Below, piece after piece: positions 26,595 through 35,733 of a stretch of DNA of 35,733 nucleotides. A model generated the notes under the pieces. That model did not search any database. It saw nothing but the letters and a program-made list of their open reading frames with translations, and had not been told where the DNA came from. A program made the translations under genes and the position numbers. The first letter of the stretch is position 1. Each line of letters begins with the position of its first letter. Where the stretch lies: contig JAEMQC010000007.1 of the NCBI GenBank assembly GCA_022758985.1, positions 1 to 35,733 of the forward strand, in the 5' to 3' direction. Source of the DNA: Campylobacteraceae bacterium. GTDB lineage: Bacteria > Campylobacterota > Campylobacteria > Campylobacterales > UBA6016.

Positions 26595-27923
26595 TTACTT
26601 TTTAGTGATTATTAGCGCTTTTACTATGCCAATAGCGGTTTGAAGCTGTAAATCTTTTGCCATATTCTCATCCGAGAGAGCCTCTTCTTTTTTTGTCTTA
26701 GGTAGCTTCTCACTTTGAGGTTTGTCTGCCGGTTTTTCTTTTTCCAGTTTCTCAAGCTCGCCCTGCAGGTGCTGTTTTAAATCAGCCTCTTTTACGCTAA
26801 AGCTCTCATCGACATTATCTTTCACTACGCCGGCCGCCACGGCTACGTCAGGCGTTACGCCAACCGCCTGTATCGTTCTGCCGCTAGGAAGATAGTATCT
26901 GGCAATGGTTAGTCTTATTGCGTCTGTTTTGTCTATCGGTAGGACAACCTGCACGCTTCCTTTTCCAAAGCTTTTTTCGCCGACAATTACAGCTCTTTTG
27001 TTGTCTTGCAAGCTTCCGCTTACGATTTCACTGGCAGATGCGCTTCCGCCGTTGATTAGAACTGCCATAGGTAGATTTTTGTACGCTGCTTTTCCGCTTG
27101 CGTCATACACTACGTTTTCGTCTGCAACTCTACCTTTTTGAGATACGATAATGCCTTTTTCGACGAACATATCCACAAGACCTACGGCTTGATCTAGAAG
27201 TCCACCTGGGTTATTTCTAAGGTCTAGCACTATCCCCTTAGGATTCTTGATTTTTTCTAGCTCTTTTTTGACCGCTTCCACTACCTTTTTGTCAAACGAC
27301 GTAACTCTGATATATGCGATGTCGCCTTCAAGTTTCTTGCCGTATACGGACTGGATATTGATAATATCCCTGATTATAGATATTTTAAACGGTTTTGCTT
27401 CCGTTTTTCTAACTATCGTAAGGTCGATTTTCGTCTTTGGTTTGCCCCTCATGAGGTTTACCGCTTCATCTATCGTCATATTGATTGTGGATTGATCGTT
27501 TATCTTTAGTATTATATCCCCGGCCTGAACACCAGCTTTGTATGCCGGAGTTCCCTCTATCGGAGCTATGACGGTTAGCGCTCCGTTTTTCATGCCTACT
27601 GTGATACCAAGCCCGCCAAATTCGCCTTCCGTCTCTACTTTCAGATCTTTATATTGTTTCTCGTCTAGATAACCGGAGTGTGCGTCCAGATTTGCAAGAA
27701 GACCTTGAAGTGATTTTTTGATGATATCGTCGAGGGAGAGTTCGTCTACATAGTATTTTTGTATCGTACCGACTACTTTTGTGAACTTTGCGAAAGCTGC
27801 CAATTTTGTATCTTGTGCGCCGTCGTTTGTAGGCTGGAGAGCGTTTAGAGAGGTGTTGTATACAAATAGTCCCGCTATTGCCGCACTTACGGCGCCCAGC
27901 GCTATAAATTTTTTATTCTTCAC
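26595..27923 (-). CDS. ctpA: Carboxyl-terminal processing protease (S41 family, PDZ domain)
   Basis: 442 aa. Signal/anchor, PDZ (GGLGITV......V..PIEGTPA.KAGV..GD.I.KIN), Ser region NGGSASASEIV, and Lys region FGKGSVQ. Confidence 0.93.
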   Translation of the reverse strand: MKNKKFIALGAVSAAIAGLFVYNTSLNALQPTNDGAQDTKLAAFAKFTKVVGTIQKYYVDELSLDDIIKKSLQGLLANLDAHSGYLDEKQYKDLKVETEGEFGGLGITVGMKNGALTVIAPIEGTPAYKAGVQAGDIILKINDQSTINMTIDEAVNLMRGKPKTKIDLTIVRKTEAKPFKISIIRDIINIQSVYGKKLEGDIAYIRVTSFDKKVVEAVKKELEKIKNPKGIVLDLRNNPGGLLDQAVGLVDMFVEKGIIVSQKGRVADENVVYDASGKAAYKNLPMAVLINGGSASASEIVSGSLQDNKRAVIVGEKSFGKGSVQVVLPIDKTDAIRLTIARYYLPSGRTIQAVGVTPDVAVAAGVVKDNVDESFSVKEADLKQHLQGELEKLEKEKPADKPQSEKLPKTKKEEALSDENMAKDLQLQTAIGIVKALIITKK

Positions 27924-28026
27924 TTTTTGCTTTTTCCTTCAAAGATTTATGGTGTGAAAATTTGCCAAAATGGTACAATTTTTTCCCTTTCGTGTGACGT
28001 AAAAACAAAATATAACTTCTTATAGG

Positions 28027-28057
28027 CTTGACAATACCACACTCAAAGTTGTAAAAT
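28027..28057 (+). promoter_or_regulatory. clpB promoter (TTGACA 28028-28033, TAAAAT 28052-28057) overlapped by a HAIR-like inverted repeat CTTGACA-N7-ACTCAAA (putative HspR operator)
   Basis: Read directly. 11 of 14 positions match the HAIR consensus CTTGAGT-N7-ACTCAAG, with correct N7 spacing. The repeat spans the -35 and spacer, 41-71 nt upstream of the clpB ATG. Confidence 0.45.
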
Positions 28058-28097
28058 CCCACTTGTATCAATTAAATAAAATATAAAAGGATGAACG

Positions 28098-30674
28098 ATG
28101 AGTCTATTTGAAAAGTTAACGCACCAAATGACAGATGCGATAGAGGCCGGGCTTAGCCTAGCGCTCCACTCCAAAAACCAAGAAGTAGAACCTTTGCATA
28201 TTATTTGGGGACTCGTAACAAATACAGAATCGGTACTAAACCAAGCGCTTAACAGGGCTTCTGCCGACAAAGCGGCGCTTGAGCTCGAACTTAAAAGCCT
28301 TGTCGATAAATTTCCAAAAGTATCTACCGTATCCAAAGAAAATATTAAGATTTCAAAAAATCTTTATAGGACGCTCGAGGCAGCCGAGGGATTGGCCGTA
28401 AAAAACGGCGATAGCTTTATTGCCGTAGATAGTTGGATAATAGCCAATATAAACGAGCCGTTTTTTAAAGAGAGCGTCGGTAAATATATAGACTTGATGG
28501 AGCTCAAAAAGAATCTTGAAGCTGCAAGAGCTGGGCGCAAGATAGATTCGCAAAGTGCGGACGAGAAGCTAGAGTCGCTCTCGAAGTACGGTATAGATTT
28601 GACCCAGAGAGCCGCCGAAGGCAAGCTCGACCCGGTAATTGGCAGAGAGGAAGAGGTTAGTAGGGTTATGCAAATCCTTATTAGAAAGTCCAAAAATAAC
28701 CCTATACTGCTTGGCGAACCGGGCGTCGGCAAGACCGCTATCGTAGAAGGATTGGCGCAAAGAATAGTCGCAAAAGACGTACCTTATAGCCTTCAAAACA
28801 AAAAACTCATAGCGCTAGACATGGGTAGCCTGATAGCCGGAGCCAAATATAGGGGCGAGTTTGAAGATAGACTAAAAGCCGTTATCGAAGAGGTGCAAAA
28901 AGACAAAAACATTATCCTCTTTATAGATGAGATACATACCATTATAGGCGCTGGGGCAAGCGAGGGCTCGATGGATGCCGCAAATCTTCTAAAGCCGGCG
29001 CTTGCAAGAGGGGAGCTGAGGACGATAGGCGCTACGACACTAAAAGAGTATAGAAAGTACTTTGAAAAAGACGCCGCAATGCAAAGGCGTTTTCAACCGG
29101 TAACAGTCGCGGAACCCGGAATAAACGAAGCTATATCGATAATGAGGGGCATTAAAGATAGCCTTGAGGCTCACCATAATATTACGATACAAGATAGCGC
29201 TCTTGTTGCTGCCGTAAAACTATCCAGTAGATATATTACTGATAGATTTTTGCCCGACAAAGCGATAGACCTTATCGATGAAGCGGCGGCAGGGCTTAAG
29301 ATGCAGATAGAGTCGGAGCCTGCGGAGCTTGATAAGGTAAAAAGGGAGATTTCAAGACTAAACGTCGAACAAGAGGCTCTAAAACTTGAGAAGCTCGAAA
29401 AAAATGATGCAAGACTAAAAGAGATTCAAAAAGAGCTCGCAAATTTAGAGGAGCAAAAAAGAGCTCTTGAAAATAAGTTTGAAGACGAAAAAAGGGTTTT
29501 TGGCGACATAGCTAAAACCAAATCCAAAATAGAGGATGCCAAAAGGGAGGCCGAGGTAGCCAAGAGAGAAGCTAATTTTAACAAGGCGGCAGAGATAGAG
29601 TACGGCACTATCCCAAATCTCCAAAAAGAGCTTGAAGAGTTAGAAGCTAGATGGAAACGTATGGAAGAGCAGGGCGTACTTCTTAAAAACAGCGTGGATG
29701 AGGAGTCTGTCGCAGCCATCATCTCCAAATGGACGGGAATACCGATAAACAAAATGCTCCAAAGCGAGAAAGAGAAGGTGCTTCATATTGAGGAGACGCT
29801 CAAAAAAGAGGTTATAGGTCAAGAAAATGCGGTAAGAGCAGTTGCTAGAGCGATAAAAAGAAATAAAGCAGGACTCTCTGATGTATCTAGGCCAATAGGT
29901 AGTTTCTTGTTTTTGGGACCTACTGGAGTTGGTAAGACCGAGACGGCAAAAAGCCTGGCGAGATTTTTGTTTGATAGCGAAAAATCGATGATTCGTCTGG
30001 ATATGAGTGAATATATGGAAAAACACGCCGCTTCGAGACTTGTCGGTGCGCCTCCAGGGTATGTCGGCTACGAGGAGGGCGGACAACTGACAGAGGCCGT
30101 TAGAAGAAAACCTTATAGCGTCGTACTCTTCGACGAGATAGAAAAAGCGCATCCGGACGTCTTTAATATGCTTCTTCAGGTACTAGATGACGGTAGGCTG
30201 ACTGATAACAAGGGCGTAACGGTAGATTTTAAAAATACTATTATCATATTGACCTCAAATATTGCGTCCGCAAAAATTATGAGCATAACCGACGAAAAAG
30301 AGCGTGAAGCCGCAGTTTTGGAGGAGTTAAAACGACATTTTAGGCCAGAGTTTCTAAATAGGCTTGACGATGTGGTGGTATTCAATCCTCTCGGATTTGC
30401 ACAAATCTCAAGAATAGTCGACAATATGCTTGCTGGCATACAGGAAAAGCTAAAAGAGAGGGATATATCGATAGAGTTATCTGCGGAGGCGAAGCAGTTT
30501 GTGGCAAATGCCGGATTTGATCCAAACTATGGCGCCAGACCGCTAAAAAGAGCGCTTTACGACATAGTCGAGGATTCATTGGCTGAGCTTATACTACAAG
30601 ACAAACTAAAAGATGGCGACAAGGTATTGTTTACTGTTGAAAACGGCGATATAAAAGCGGTTATAAACGGGTAG
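28098..30674 (+). CDS. clpB: ATP-dependent chaperone/disaggregase ClpB
   Basis: 858 aa. Clp N-domain, two AAA+ modules (GEPGVGKT ... ILFIDEIH; GPTGVGKTE ... [11 protein letters not shown]), and a long coiled-coil middle domain between them. Confidence 0.97.
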   Translation: MSLFEKLTHQMTDAIEAGLSLALHSKNQEVEPLHIIWGLVTNTESVLNQALNRASADKAALELELKSLVDKFPKVSTVSKENIKISKNLYRTLEAAEGLAVKNGDSFIAVDSWIIANINEPFFKESVGKYIDLMELKKNLEAARAGRKIDSQSADEKLESLSKYGIDLTQRAAEGKLDPVIGREEEVSRVMQILIRKSKNNPILLGEPGVGKTAIVEGLAQRIVAKDVPYSLQNKKLIALDMGSLIAGAKYRGEFEDRLKAVIEEVQKDKNIILFIDEIHTIIGAGASEGSMDAANLLKPALARGELRTIGATTLKEYRKYFEKDAAMQRRFQPVTVAEPGINEAISIMRGIKDSLEAHHNITIQDSALVAAVKLSSRYITDRFLPDKAIDLIDEAAAGLKMQIESEPAELDKVKREISRLNVEQEALKLEKLEKNDARLKEIQKELANLEEQKRALENKFEDEKRVFGDIAKTKSKIEDAKREAEVAKREANFNKAAEIEYGTIPNLQKELEELEARWKRMEEQGVLLKNSVDEESVAAIISKWTGIPINKMLQSEKEKVLHIEETLKKEVIGQENAVRAVARAIKRNKAGLSDVSRPIGSFLFLGPTGVGKTETAKSLARFLFDSEKSMIRLDMSEYMEKHAASRLVGAPPGYVGYEEGGQLTEAVRRKPYSVVLFDEIEKAHPDVFNMLLQVLDDGRLTDNKGVTVDFKNTIIILTSNIASAKIMSITDEKEREAAVLEELKRHFRPEFLNRLDDVVVFNPLGFAQISRIVDNMLAGIQEKLKERDISIELSAEAKQFVANAGFDPNYGARPLKRALYDIVEDSLAELILQDKLKDGDKVLFTVENGDIKAVING

Positions 30675-30699
30675 TTTAAGTTTTTTAAGCATATATACG

Positions 30700-30705
30700 T
30701 ATAAT
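30700..30705 (+). promoter_or_regulatory. Candidate -10 (TATAAT) for the rpmH-rnpA-yidC-jag-mnmE operon
   Basis: Perfect TATAAT 41 nt upstream of the rpmH GTG, preceded by a T-rich tract. No experimental support. Confidence 0.35.
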
Positions 30706-30745
30706 TGCGGTCCTAAATTCTAAAAATTTTTAAAAGGTTACTTAC

Positions 30746-30880
30746 GTGAAAAGAACATACCAACCAAGTAAAGTTTCAAGACAAAAAACTCACGGCTTTA
30801 GAGCTAGAATGGCAACAAAAAACGGTAGAAAAGTAATAGCTAGAAGAAGAGCCAAAGGTAGAAAAAGGCTGGCCGTATAA
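30746..30880 (+). CDS. rpmH: 50S ribosomal protein L34
   Basis: 44-aa ORF absent from the supplied track (too short): [44 protein letters not shown]. Canonical L34 sequence with a GTG start. Confidence 0.95.
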   Translation: MKRTYQPSKVSRQKTHGFRARMATKNGRKVIARRRAKGRKRLAV

Positions 30881-30963
30881 CAACTTTTCGCCATATTAAA
30901 GACTCCGAGCTTTTTAATAAGGTATACAATAAGTCAAAAGCCTACCATTCCGATACCGTCATA

Positions 30964-31203
30964 GTGATGTATCTGGAATCAAAAGAGAAGATGGTAGGCT
31001 ACACCGTTTCAAAAAAAGTGGCAAAAGCCGTAGAGAGAAATAAGATAAAAAGAAGGCTCAGGGCTGTTTTTAGAGCCGAACAGTCTCTCTTAAAAGATGG
31101 TTTTTATCTTCTTGTTGCAAAACAAAGCGCTAGCGGCGCCACTTTCCAAAAATTATACGGGGATATAAAAAAATCCCTATCTCTTTTTTATTCGGGGTCT
31201 TGA
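30964..31203 (+). CDS. rnpA: Ribonuclease P protein component. Coordinates are the canonical-start ORF; family-like sequence continues upstream to about 30877.
   Basis: GYTVSKKVAKAVERNKIKRRLRAVF is the RnpA RNR motif. The same frame is open from 30862 and encodes FRHIKDSELFNKVYNKSKAYHSDTVIV, which resembles the usual RnpA N-terminus. Confidence 0.85.
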   Translation: MMYLESKEKMVGYTVSKKVAKAVERNKIKRRLRAVFRAEQSLLKDGFYLLVAKQSASGATFQKLYGDIKKSLSLFYSGS

Positions 31204-31236
31204 AAAAGACAAACTAAAACGGTCTAAGGTAATTTA

Positions 31237-32814
31237 ATGCTCGAAAAACTCTCCCCACAAAAGAGGCTAGTACTAGCCACAGCAATATCAGCAGTTTTTT
31301 TTATAGGATACGAAGTTTTTATAGGCAGCAAGTTCCGTCCGGAGCACAACGCTACAAAAACAGAGTTAAATGCACAAAACCAAACATCCGTTATAAAGCC
31401 GACTACTACGGATGCGAATATTTCGGCGGCGCCTACCGCTACGGCTTCAACTTCTGGCGTAATATCAAAAATAAAACTAAAAGAGTCTGAGCTTTTTATC
31501 GGCAGTGACGGTACGATTTCGCAAGTCGTAATGCAGGGTGAAAAATTTAAAGACAATCACGGTAAACCTGTTAAGCTTTTTGCCGAACTAAAAACAAAGC
31601 CTTTATCCGTGAAGTTTTCCGATAGGGCGCTTGAAGAAGCCGCTTCAAAAGCGCCTTACACGGCATCCTTATCATCCATTGACGCTACGTCTGAGACAAA
31701 AACGCTAACTTTGACGCAGCAGGTTTTGGATGTCAATATAACAAAGCAAATCACATTTAAGCCAAACGGCTCATATGATGTAAAGATAACATCAAGCAAG
31801 GACATTCCGTTTTTTGTTACGACCGGATTTAGACCTGACGTGTTGGCGGATAGTTTTGCGTTTAAGGGCGCTTTGCTTATAGAATCCGACGATACGGTAA
31901 AAACGGTTGAAGACGGCGGTATCAAAGCGGATGAGTCGCTTTCGAATATAAATGCGGTAGCCACGGTGGATAGATACTATTCATCCGTGTTGTATAACTT
32001 TAAAGCGCCTATGGCCGTTACTGTTGTTGCCGATATACACAAAAATCCTACGCCGTATATAGAGGCAAAAAAAGAGATAGAGCTCGGCGGTTACGTAGGT
32101 CCAAAATATGTTGAAACCCTAAAAAGCATCAACCCAAGACTCGGCGGCGTTGTCGAATACGGATTCTTTACTTTTATAGCCAAGCCTATGTTTACAGCCC
32201 TCGAATGGATTGAAAATAAGGTTGGCAACTGGGGTTGGGCTATCGTTATTTTGACTATTCTTATTAGACTCATACTATTCCCTCTTACTTACAAGGGAAT
32301 GGTCTCTATGAGCAAACTAAAAGAGCTTACGCCAAAGCTTACGGAGCTGAGAGAGAAGTATAAGGGGGATCCACAAAAGCTAAATATTCATATGATGGAA
32401 CTTTATAAAAAGCATGGAGCAAACCCTCTTGGCGGTTGTCTGCCGCTGCTACTACAGATACCGGTATTCTTTGCTATTTATAGGGTTTTGTTGAATGCGA
32501 TAGAACTAAAAGGCGCTCCTTGGATATTGTGGATACACGATCTGTCGCTAATGGATCAGTACTATGTATTGCCTTTGCTAATGGGTGCGACTATGTTCTT
32601 GCAGCAAAAAATTACCCCTACAAACTTTACGGATCCAATACAGGAGAAGATATTTAAATATCTTCCGGTGGTCTTTACATTTTTCTTTTTGGCGTTCCCT
32701 GCGGGTCTTACCCTGTATTGGTTTGTAAATAACGTGCTGTCTATAGGTCAGCAGTATGCGGTAAACAAGATGCTTGACAGACAAAAAGCCCTAAGGCGCC
32801 AGCACCATGATTAA
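31237..32814 (+). CDS. yidC: Membrane protein insertase YidC
   Basis: 525 aa. N-terminal TM, a large periplasmic domain, and a conserved C-terminal core (NWGWAIVILTILIRLILFPLT, PLGGCLPLLLQIPVFFAIY, PAGLTLYW). Confidence 0.96.
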   Translation: MLEKLSPQKRLVLATAISAVFFIGYEVFIGSKFRPEHNATKTELNAQNQTSVIKPTTTDANISAAPTATASTSGVISKIKLKESELFIGSDGTISQVVMQGEKFKDNHGKPVKLFAELKTKPLSVKFSDRALEEAASKAPYTASLSSIDATSETKTLTLTQQVLDVNITKQITFKPNGSYDVKITSSKDIPFFVTTGFRPDVLADSFAFKGALLIESDDTVKTVEDGGIKADESLSNINAVATVDRYYSSVLYNFKAPMAVTVVADIHKNPTPYIEAKKEIELGGYVGPKYVETLKSINPRLGGVVEYGFFTFIAKPMFTALEWIENKVGNWGWAIVILTILIRLILFPLTYKGMVSMSKLKELTPKLTELREKYKGDPQKLNIHMMELYKKHGANPLGGCLPLLLQIPVFFAIYRVLLNAIELKGAPWILWIHDLSLMDQYYVLPLLMGATMFLQQKITPTNFTDPIQEKIFKYLPVVFTFFFLAFPAGLTLYWFVNNVLSIGQQYAVNKMLDRQKALRRQHHD

Positions 32815-33682
32815 AATCGAAGCTTGGAGCTTGGAAGAGGCGTATACGCTTGCCTCTAAACAGCTCGGCTGCTCGATTACGGAGATCGAGTATGAGATTA
32901 CTCAATTTCCATCGAAAGGTTTTTTGGGGATAGGCAAGAAAAAAGCGATTTTGGTTGCTACCCAGAAAATAACGCCAGCTACAAAAAAACCGGATTGTGT
33001 ACAGCAAGCAAAAGCAAACCATTCCTCTTCCTTGAAGATGGAAAAGAAGTATGTCCATAGGGAAGAAAAACCTATAGAAGAAAAAGTGGAAGAGACGGTG
33101 CAGCCCATTGCCAAAGAAGCACAAGCGCACTCTTCATCTAAGCCGGAGAAAAAAGACTATTATACTGCCAGCAAAATAGAAGATAATTTCTTCAAAGAAG
33201 AGCTTAATATTTCTGAAATATGTGAAGAGATTGAGCTCGATATAAACAAGTTGTTTGCGCTTTCTTGTTTTGATCTAGATCCAATAACAGTCACTCCTTA
33301 TGACGACGAGACTGTGTTAATATCTTTTAGCGGTCCCGATAGTGCGCTACTAATAGGCAAAGAAGGATATAGATATAAGGCGCTTAGCTATCTTATATTC
33401 AACTGGATTAACTCAAAATACGGACTTCTTATTCGTCTAGAAATAGCAGAGTTCCTTAGAAATCAAGAGGATATGATAAGTAACTATCTTCAGCCTCTGA
33501 TTTGCCAAATAAGAGAAAATAGAAGAGGGCAGACTAAGGTTCTTGATGGTGTTCTTATACAAATAGCCCTTAAGGTTCTAAGAGAAGAGTTTACGGATCT
33601 GTATGTCGGCGTCAAGACAAATGAAGACGGTAGTAAATATATTATAGTTAACGAGTTTTATACAAAACAAAATGTTAAATGA
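32807..33682 (+). CDS. jag: Jag/KhpB family RNA-binding protein (Jag_N plus KH-like domain)
   Basis: 291 aa. Jag_N-like N-terminus (IKIEAWSLEEAYTLASKQLG....IEYEI), a low-complexity K/E linker, and the KH signature LIGKEGYRYKALSYL. Conserved position between yidC and mnmE. Confidence 0.8.
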   Translation: MIKIEAWSLEEAYTLASKQLGCSITEIEYEITQFPSKGFLGIGKKKAILVATQKITPATKKPDCVQQAKANHSSSLKMEKKYVHREEKPIEEKVEETVQPIAKEAQAHSSSKPEKKDYYTASKIEDNFFKEELNISEICEEIELDINKLFALSCFDLDPITVTPYDDETVLISFSGPDSALLIGKEGYRYKALSYLIFNWINSKYGLLIRLEIAEFLRNQEDMISNYLQPLICQIRENRRGQTKVLDGVLIQIALKVLREEFTDLYVGVKTNEDGSKYIIVNEFYTKQNVK

Positions 33683-35015
33683 AACAATTTGCGCTATAGC
33701 TTCCGCTTCGAAAGAGGGCGCTATATCGATTGTTAGGCTTTGCGGAGTCGAAGCTTACGATATAGCTCTTGGGCTATCAAAGAAATCTTCCATCCACCCG
33801 CGAGTCGCAACCCTTTCATATATATATGACAATTGCAACAATCCCATAGACTCCGTTATAATTATATACTTTAAGGGGCCGAACAGCTTTAACGGTGAAG
33901 ATATAGTAGAGCTTCAATGTCATGGCGGCGTCATGTCGGCGTCTATGATACTAAACAGATGCCTGGAGTGCGGTGCTAGACTTGCCGAGCCGGGCGAATT
34001 TACAAAACTTGCCGTTATAAACTCTAAACTAACGATAGACCAGGCCGAGGCGATAAACCAGTTGATTTTGGCAAACAGCGAAAAATCTGCGAAATATTTA
34101 GCAAAACATCTACAGGGGTCTCTTAAAAAGATGGTAGAGGAGATGAGAGTTTCGCTCATAGAGGCTCTATCTTTTAGCGAAGTATGTATTGATTACGCAG
34201 ACGAGGATCTGCCGGCCGACACTATAGATAGACTGAGAGGCAAAATATCCAAAATAGCAGACAATCTCAACTATACTCTTAAAGCTAGTGTTGCCAGAGA
34301 AGGTTTGTTTCAAGGATTTAAGGTAAGTATTATAGGAAAGCCCAATGTGGGCAAGAGCTCTTTGCTTAATAAAATACTTAATTTTGAGAGAGCGATAGTT
34401 AGTCCGATTGCCGGCACCACTAGAGACACCATAGAAGAACAGCTAAAGATAGGTGGTTTTGTAGTTAGACTCGTAGATACGGCCGGCATAAGAAATACAC
34501 AAGACGAGATAGAGAAGATAGGTATCGAATACTCCATTAAAGCTTTCAATGATTCGGAAATAGTCCTTGCGCTTTTTGACTCTTCAAGAGAGCTTGACGA
34601 AGAAGACCGTGAGATAATTAGGCTGATAAATTCCGATGAGAGTAAAAAAATAATAGTCGTATTTACGAAGTCGGATTTAGAAAACGTTATAGACAAAACA
34701 GTGTTTTCAAATTTTAATACGATAGAGTATAACAAAAATGAACAACCCATAGAGATATATAGGGCGCTCGAAGCTATTCTGGATAGTTCGTACGACTTTG
34801 AAGGTGATATACTTATTAATAAAAGGCAGATAGATGCCGCAAGAAACGCATATAATGAAGTAATTAGCTCTTTGAAATTTCTGGAAACTTTAGAGCTTGA
34901 GTTTTTTTCATATCATATAAAAGAGGCTATTATCCACATATCTTCGATTACAAAGCCATATGATAACGAAGAGATGCTCGATTCTATGTTTAAAAACTTC
35001 TGCCTCGGCAAATGA
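33672..35015 (+). CDS. mnmE: tRNA modification GTPase MnmE (TrmE)
   Basis: 447 aa. TICAIAS..G.GAISIVR, G1 GKPNVGKSSLLN, DTAGIR, TKSD, and the C-terminal FCLGK motif. Confidence 0.96.
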   Translation: MLNETICAIASASKEGAISIVRLCGVEAYDIALGLSKKSSIHPRVATLSYIYDNCNNPIDSVIIIYFKGPNSFNGEDIVELQCHGGVMSASMILNRCLECGARLAEPGEFTKLAVINSKLTIDQAEAINQLILANSEKSAKYLAKHLQGSLKKMVEEMRVSLIEALSFSEVCIDYADEDLPADTIDRLRGKISKIADNLNYTLKASVAREGLFQGFKVSIIGKPNVGKSSLLNKILNFERAIVSPIAGTTRDTIEEQLKIGGFVVRLVDTAGIRNTQDEIEKIGIEYSIKAFNDSEIVLALFDSSRELDEEDREIIRLINSDESKKIIVVFTKSDLENVIDKTVFSNFNTIEYNKNEQPIEIYRALEAILDSSYDFEGDILINKRQIDAARNAYNEVISSLKFLETLELEFFSYHIKEAIIHISSITKPYDNEEMLDSMFKNFCLGK

Positions 35016-35199
35016 GACCATTAAAAATTGGACAGGTAAAGCTTTTAGAGTCAAACCAAATCAAATATGACGACTTTGTAAAAAGATTACAAAAAAGGTG
35101 AAAGATTATTCTAATTTTGATTTGTTATACTTATATATCAATAAACTTTAATTATAGAATGACTAGAATAGCACAGATGTTACTTTCTGAGGTTAACAG

Positions 35200-35733
35200 A
35201 TGCTAAAACTGGTAATGGTTGTGGTGTTCGCTTCTCTTATGTCGTTGAATGCCAAAGAGATAAGGTTTGCTCCACTCCCAAAAGAAAAAGTAGAGATACT
35301 AAAAAGAGATTACGCTCCTTTTTTAAGATGGCTATCCGAAAAAACAGGTGATAACTATACACTTGTAATGAGTGCAGATTATGAGGATCTCATCTCAAAA
35401 ATCAAAAAAGGCGAGGTGGATATAGCATATCTTGGACCTTTACCATTTGCGAAAGTAAGAACCAAGACAGATCTTGTTTTGCCAATAGTTAAATTCTTAG
35501 ATAAAGATGGAAATGCCGGCTACACTTGTTCTGTCATCGTCAGAAAAGAGTCTAGGCTAACCTCTGTAAGTCAACTATCTAACAAAAAAATATCTCTTCC
35601 TCAAAAACTCTCTACCTGTGGCTACTACACTGCAAGGATTATTTTTGATGAGAACAAAATGGAGCTAAACAATAATAATTACTCATTTGATGGAAATCAT
35701 GTCAATGTTGCATTTAATGTATTGGTTGGCGAC
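35200..35733 (+). CDS. PhnD-like (phosphate/phosphonate-type) periplasmic substrate-binding domain protein, 5' part only; runs off the window
   Basis: Open frame from the ATG at 35200 to the window end. Signal peptide MLKLVMVVVFASLMSLNA, then IRFAPLP........Y.PFLRWLSEKTG....LV.S.DYEDLISKIKKGEVDIAYLGPL, typical of the PhnD family. GAGG RBS 7 nt upstream. Confidence 0.7.
   Translation, partial: MLKLVMVVVFASLMSLNAKEIRFAPLPKEKVEILKRDYAPFLRWLSEKTGDNYTLVMSADYEDLISKIKKGEVDIAYLGPLPFAKVRTKTDLVLPIVKFLDKDGNAGYTCSVIVRKESRLTSVSQLSNKKISLPQKLSTCGYYTARIIFDENKMELNNNNYSFDGNHVNVAFNVLVGD

Noticed and set aside
34929-34937. Perfect DnaA-box 9-mer TTATCCACA, raising the possibility of an origin near the AT-rich 35016-35199 spacer
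   Set aside because: It is a single box inside the mnmE coding sequence (codons AIIHI). One such 9-mer is roughly what chance predicts in a window this size. There is no cluster of boxes in the adjacent spacer and no dnaA nearby.
35075-35093. Hairpin TTTGTAA-aaaga-TTACAAA after mnmE as a terminator
   Set aside because: The 7-bp stem has a single G:C pair and is otherwise A/T. It is followed by an A-run rather than a T-run on the coding strand. It is too weak to call an intrinsic terminator.
1-35733. Scan for CRISPR arrays, tRNA/rRNA genes, IS elements or integrases, poly-G/C phase-variation tracts, and riboswitches (TPP upstream of thiL, preQ1 near queA)
   Set aside because: No spaced direct repeats were seen. 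No intergenic gap exceeds about 185 nt, and none has tRNA-like structure. There are no transposase or integrase-like ORFs. The longest G or C runs are 5 nt. The thiL leader lacks the CTGAGA/ACCTGA core of a THI-box.

Overview
This is a dense, mostly housekeeping chromosomal window, about 95% coding. Gene content and synteny look like Campylobacterota, most likely a mid-GC Campylobacter: purC-purS-purQ with ctpA and clpB, rpmH-rnpA-yidC-jag-mnmE, tatB-tatC-queA, and lolA/secA/lolC-like. That assignment comes from my recollection of gene order, not from a search.

Genes called:
- A type-E (CCG-subunit) succinate dehydrogenase/fumarate reductase trio
- thiL, a yefM-yoeB toxin-antitoxin pair, a SUI1/YciH factor and acnB
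- A frameshifted ankyrin-repeat gene
- A hemerythrin-DUF2249-NnrS-like operon
- lolA, secA, a LolC/E-type permease, a cation/proton antiporter, ridA, ruvX, queA, tatC and tatB
- A small 4-Cys ORF, cytochrome c553, proA, an orphan ABC ATPase and plsC
- An SH3-bearing membrane protein plus an M23 peptidase
- purQ, purS, purC, ctpA, clpB, rpmH (not in the ORF track), rnpA, yidC, jag and mnmE
- A partial PhnD-like binding-domain gene at the right edge

I found no rRNA, tRNA, CRISPR array, IS/transposase, integrase, prophage genes or long poly-G tracts. I also do not see a clear large novel multi-gene system such as a defence island.

Loci most worth follow-up:
1. The translationally coupled hemerythrin-DUF2249-NnrS-like operon. 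It has a perfect TTGA-N6-TCAA (FNR/CRP-type) box in class-II geometry and an inverted repeat that could hide its ribosome-binding site.
2. An M23 peptidase and a signal-peptide/TM-hairpin/SH3 protein embedded in the purCSQ-plsC transcription unit.
3. rnpA, whose conserved N-terminus lies upstream of any canonical start codon and abuts the rpmH stop.
4. yefM-yoeB, with paired TGTAC[C/A] cores 12 bp apart over an extended -10.
5. A HAIR-like (HspR-type) operator over the clpB promoter.
6. A frameshifted secreted ankyrin gene.

All functional calls rest on motif and family recognition by eye. No database search was run.
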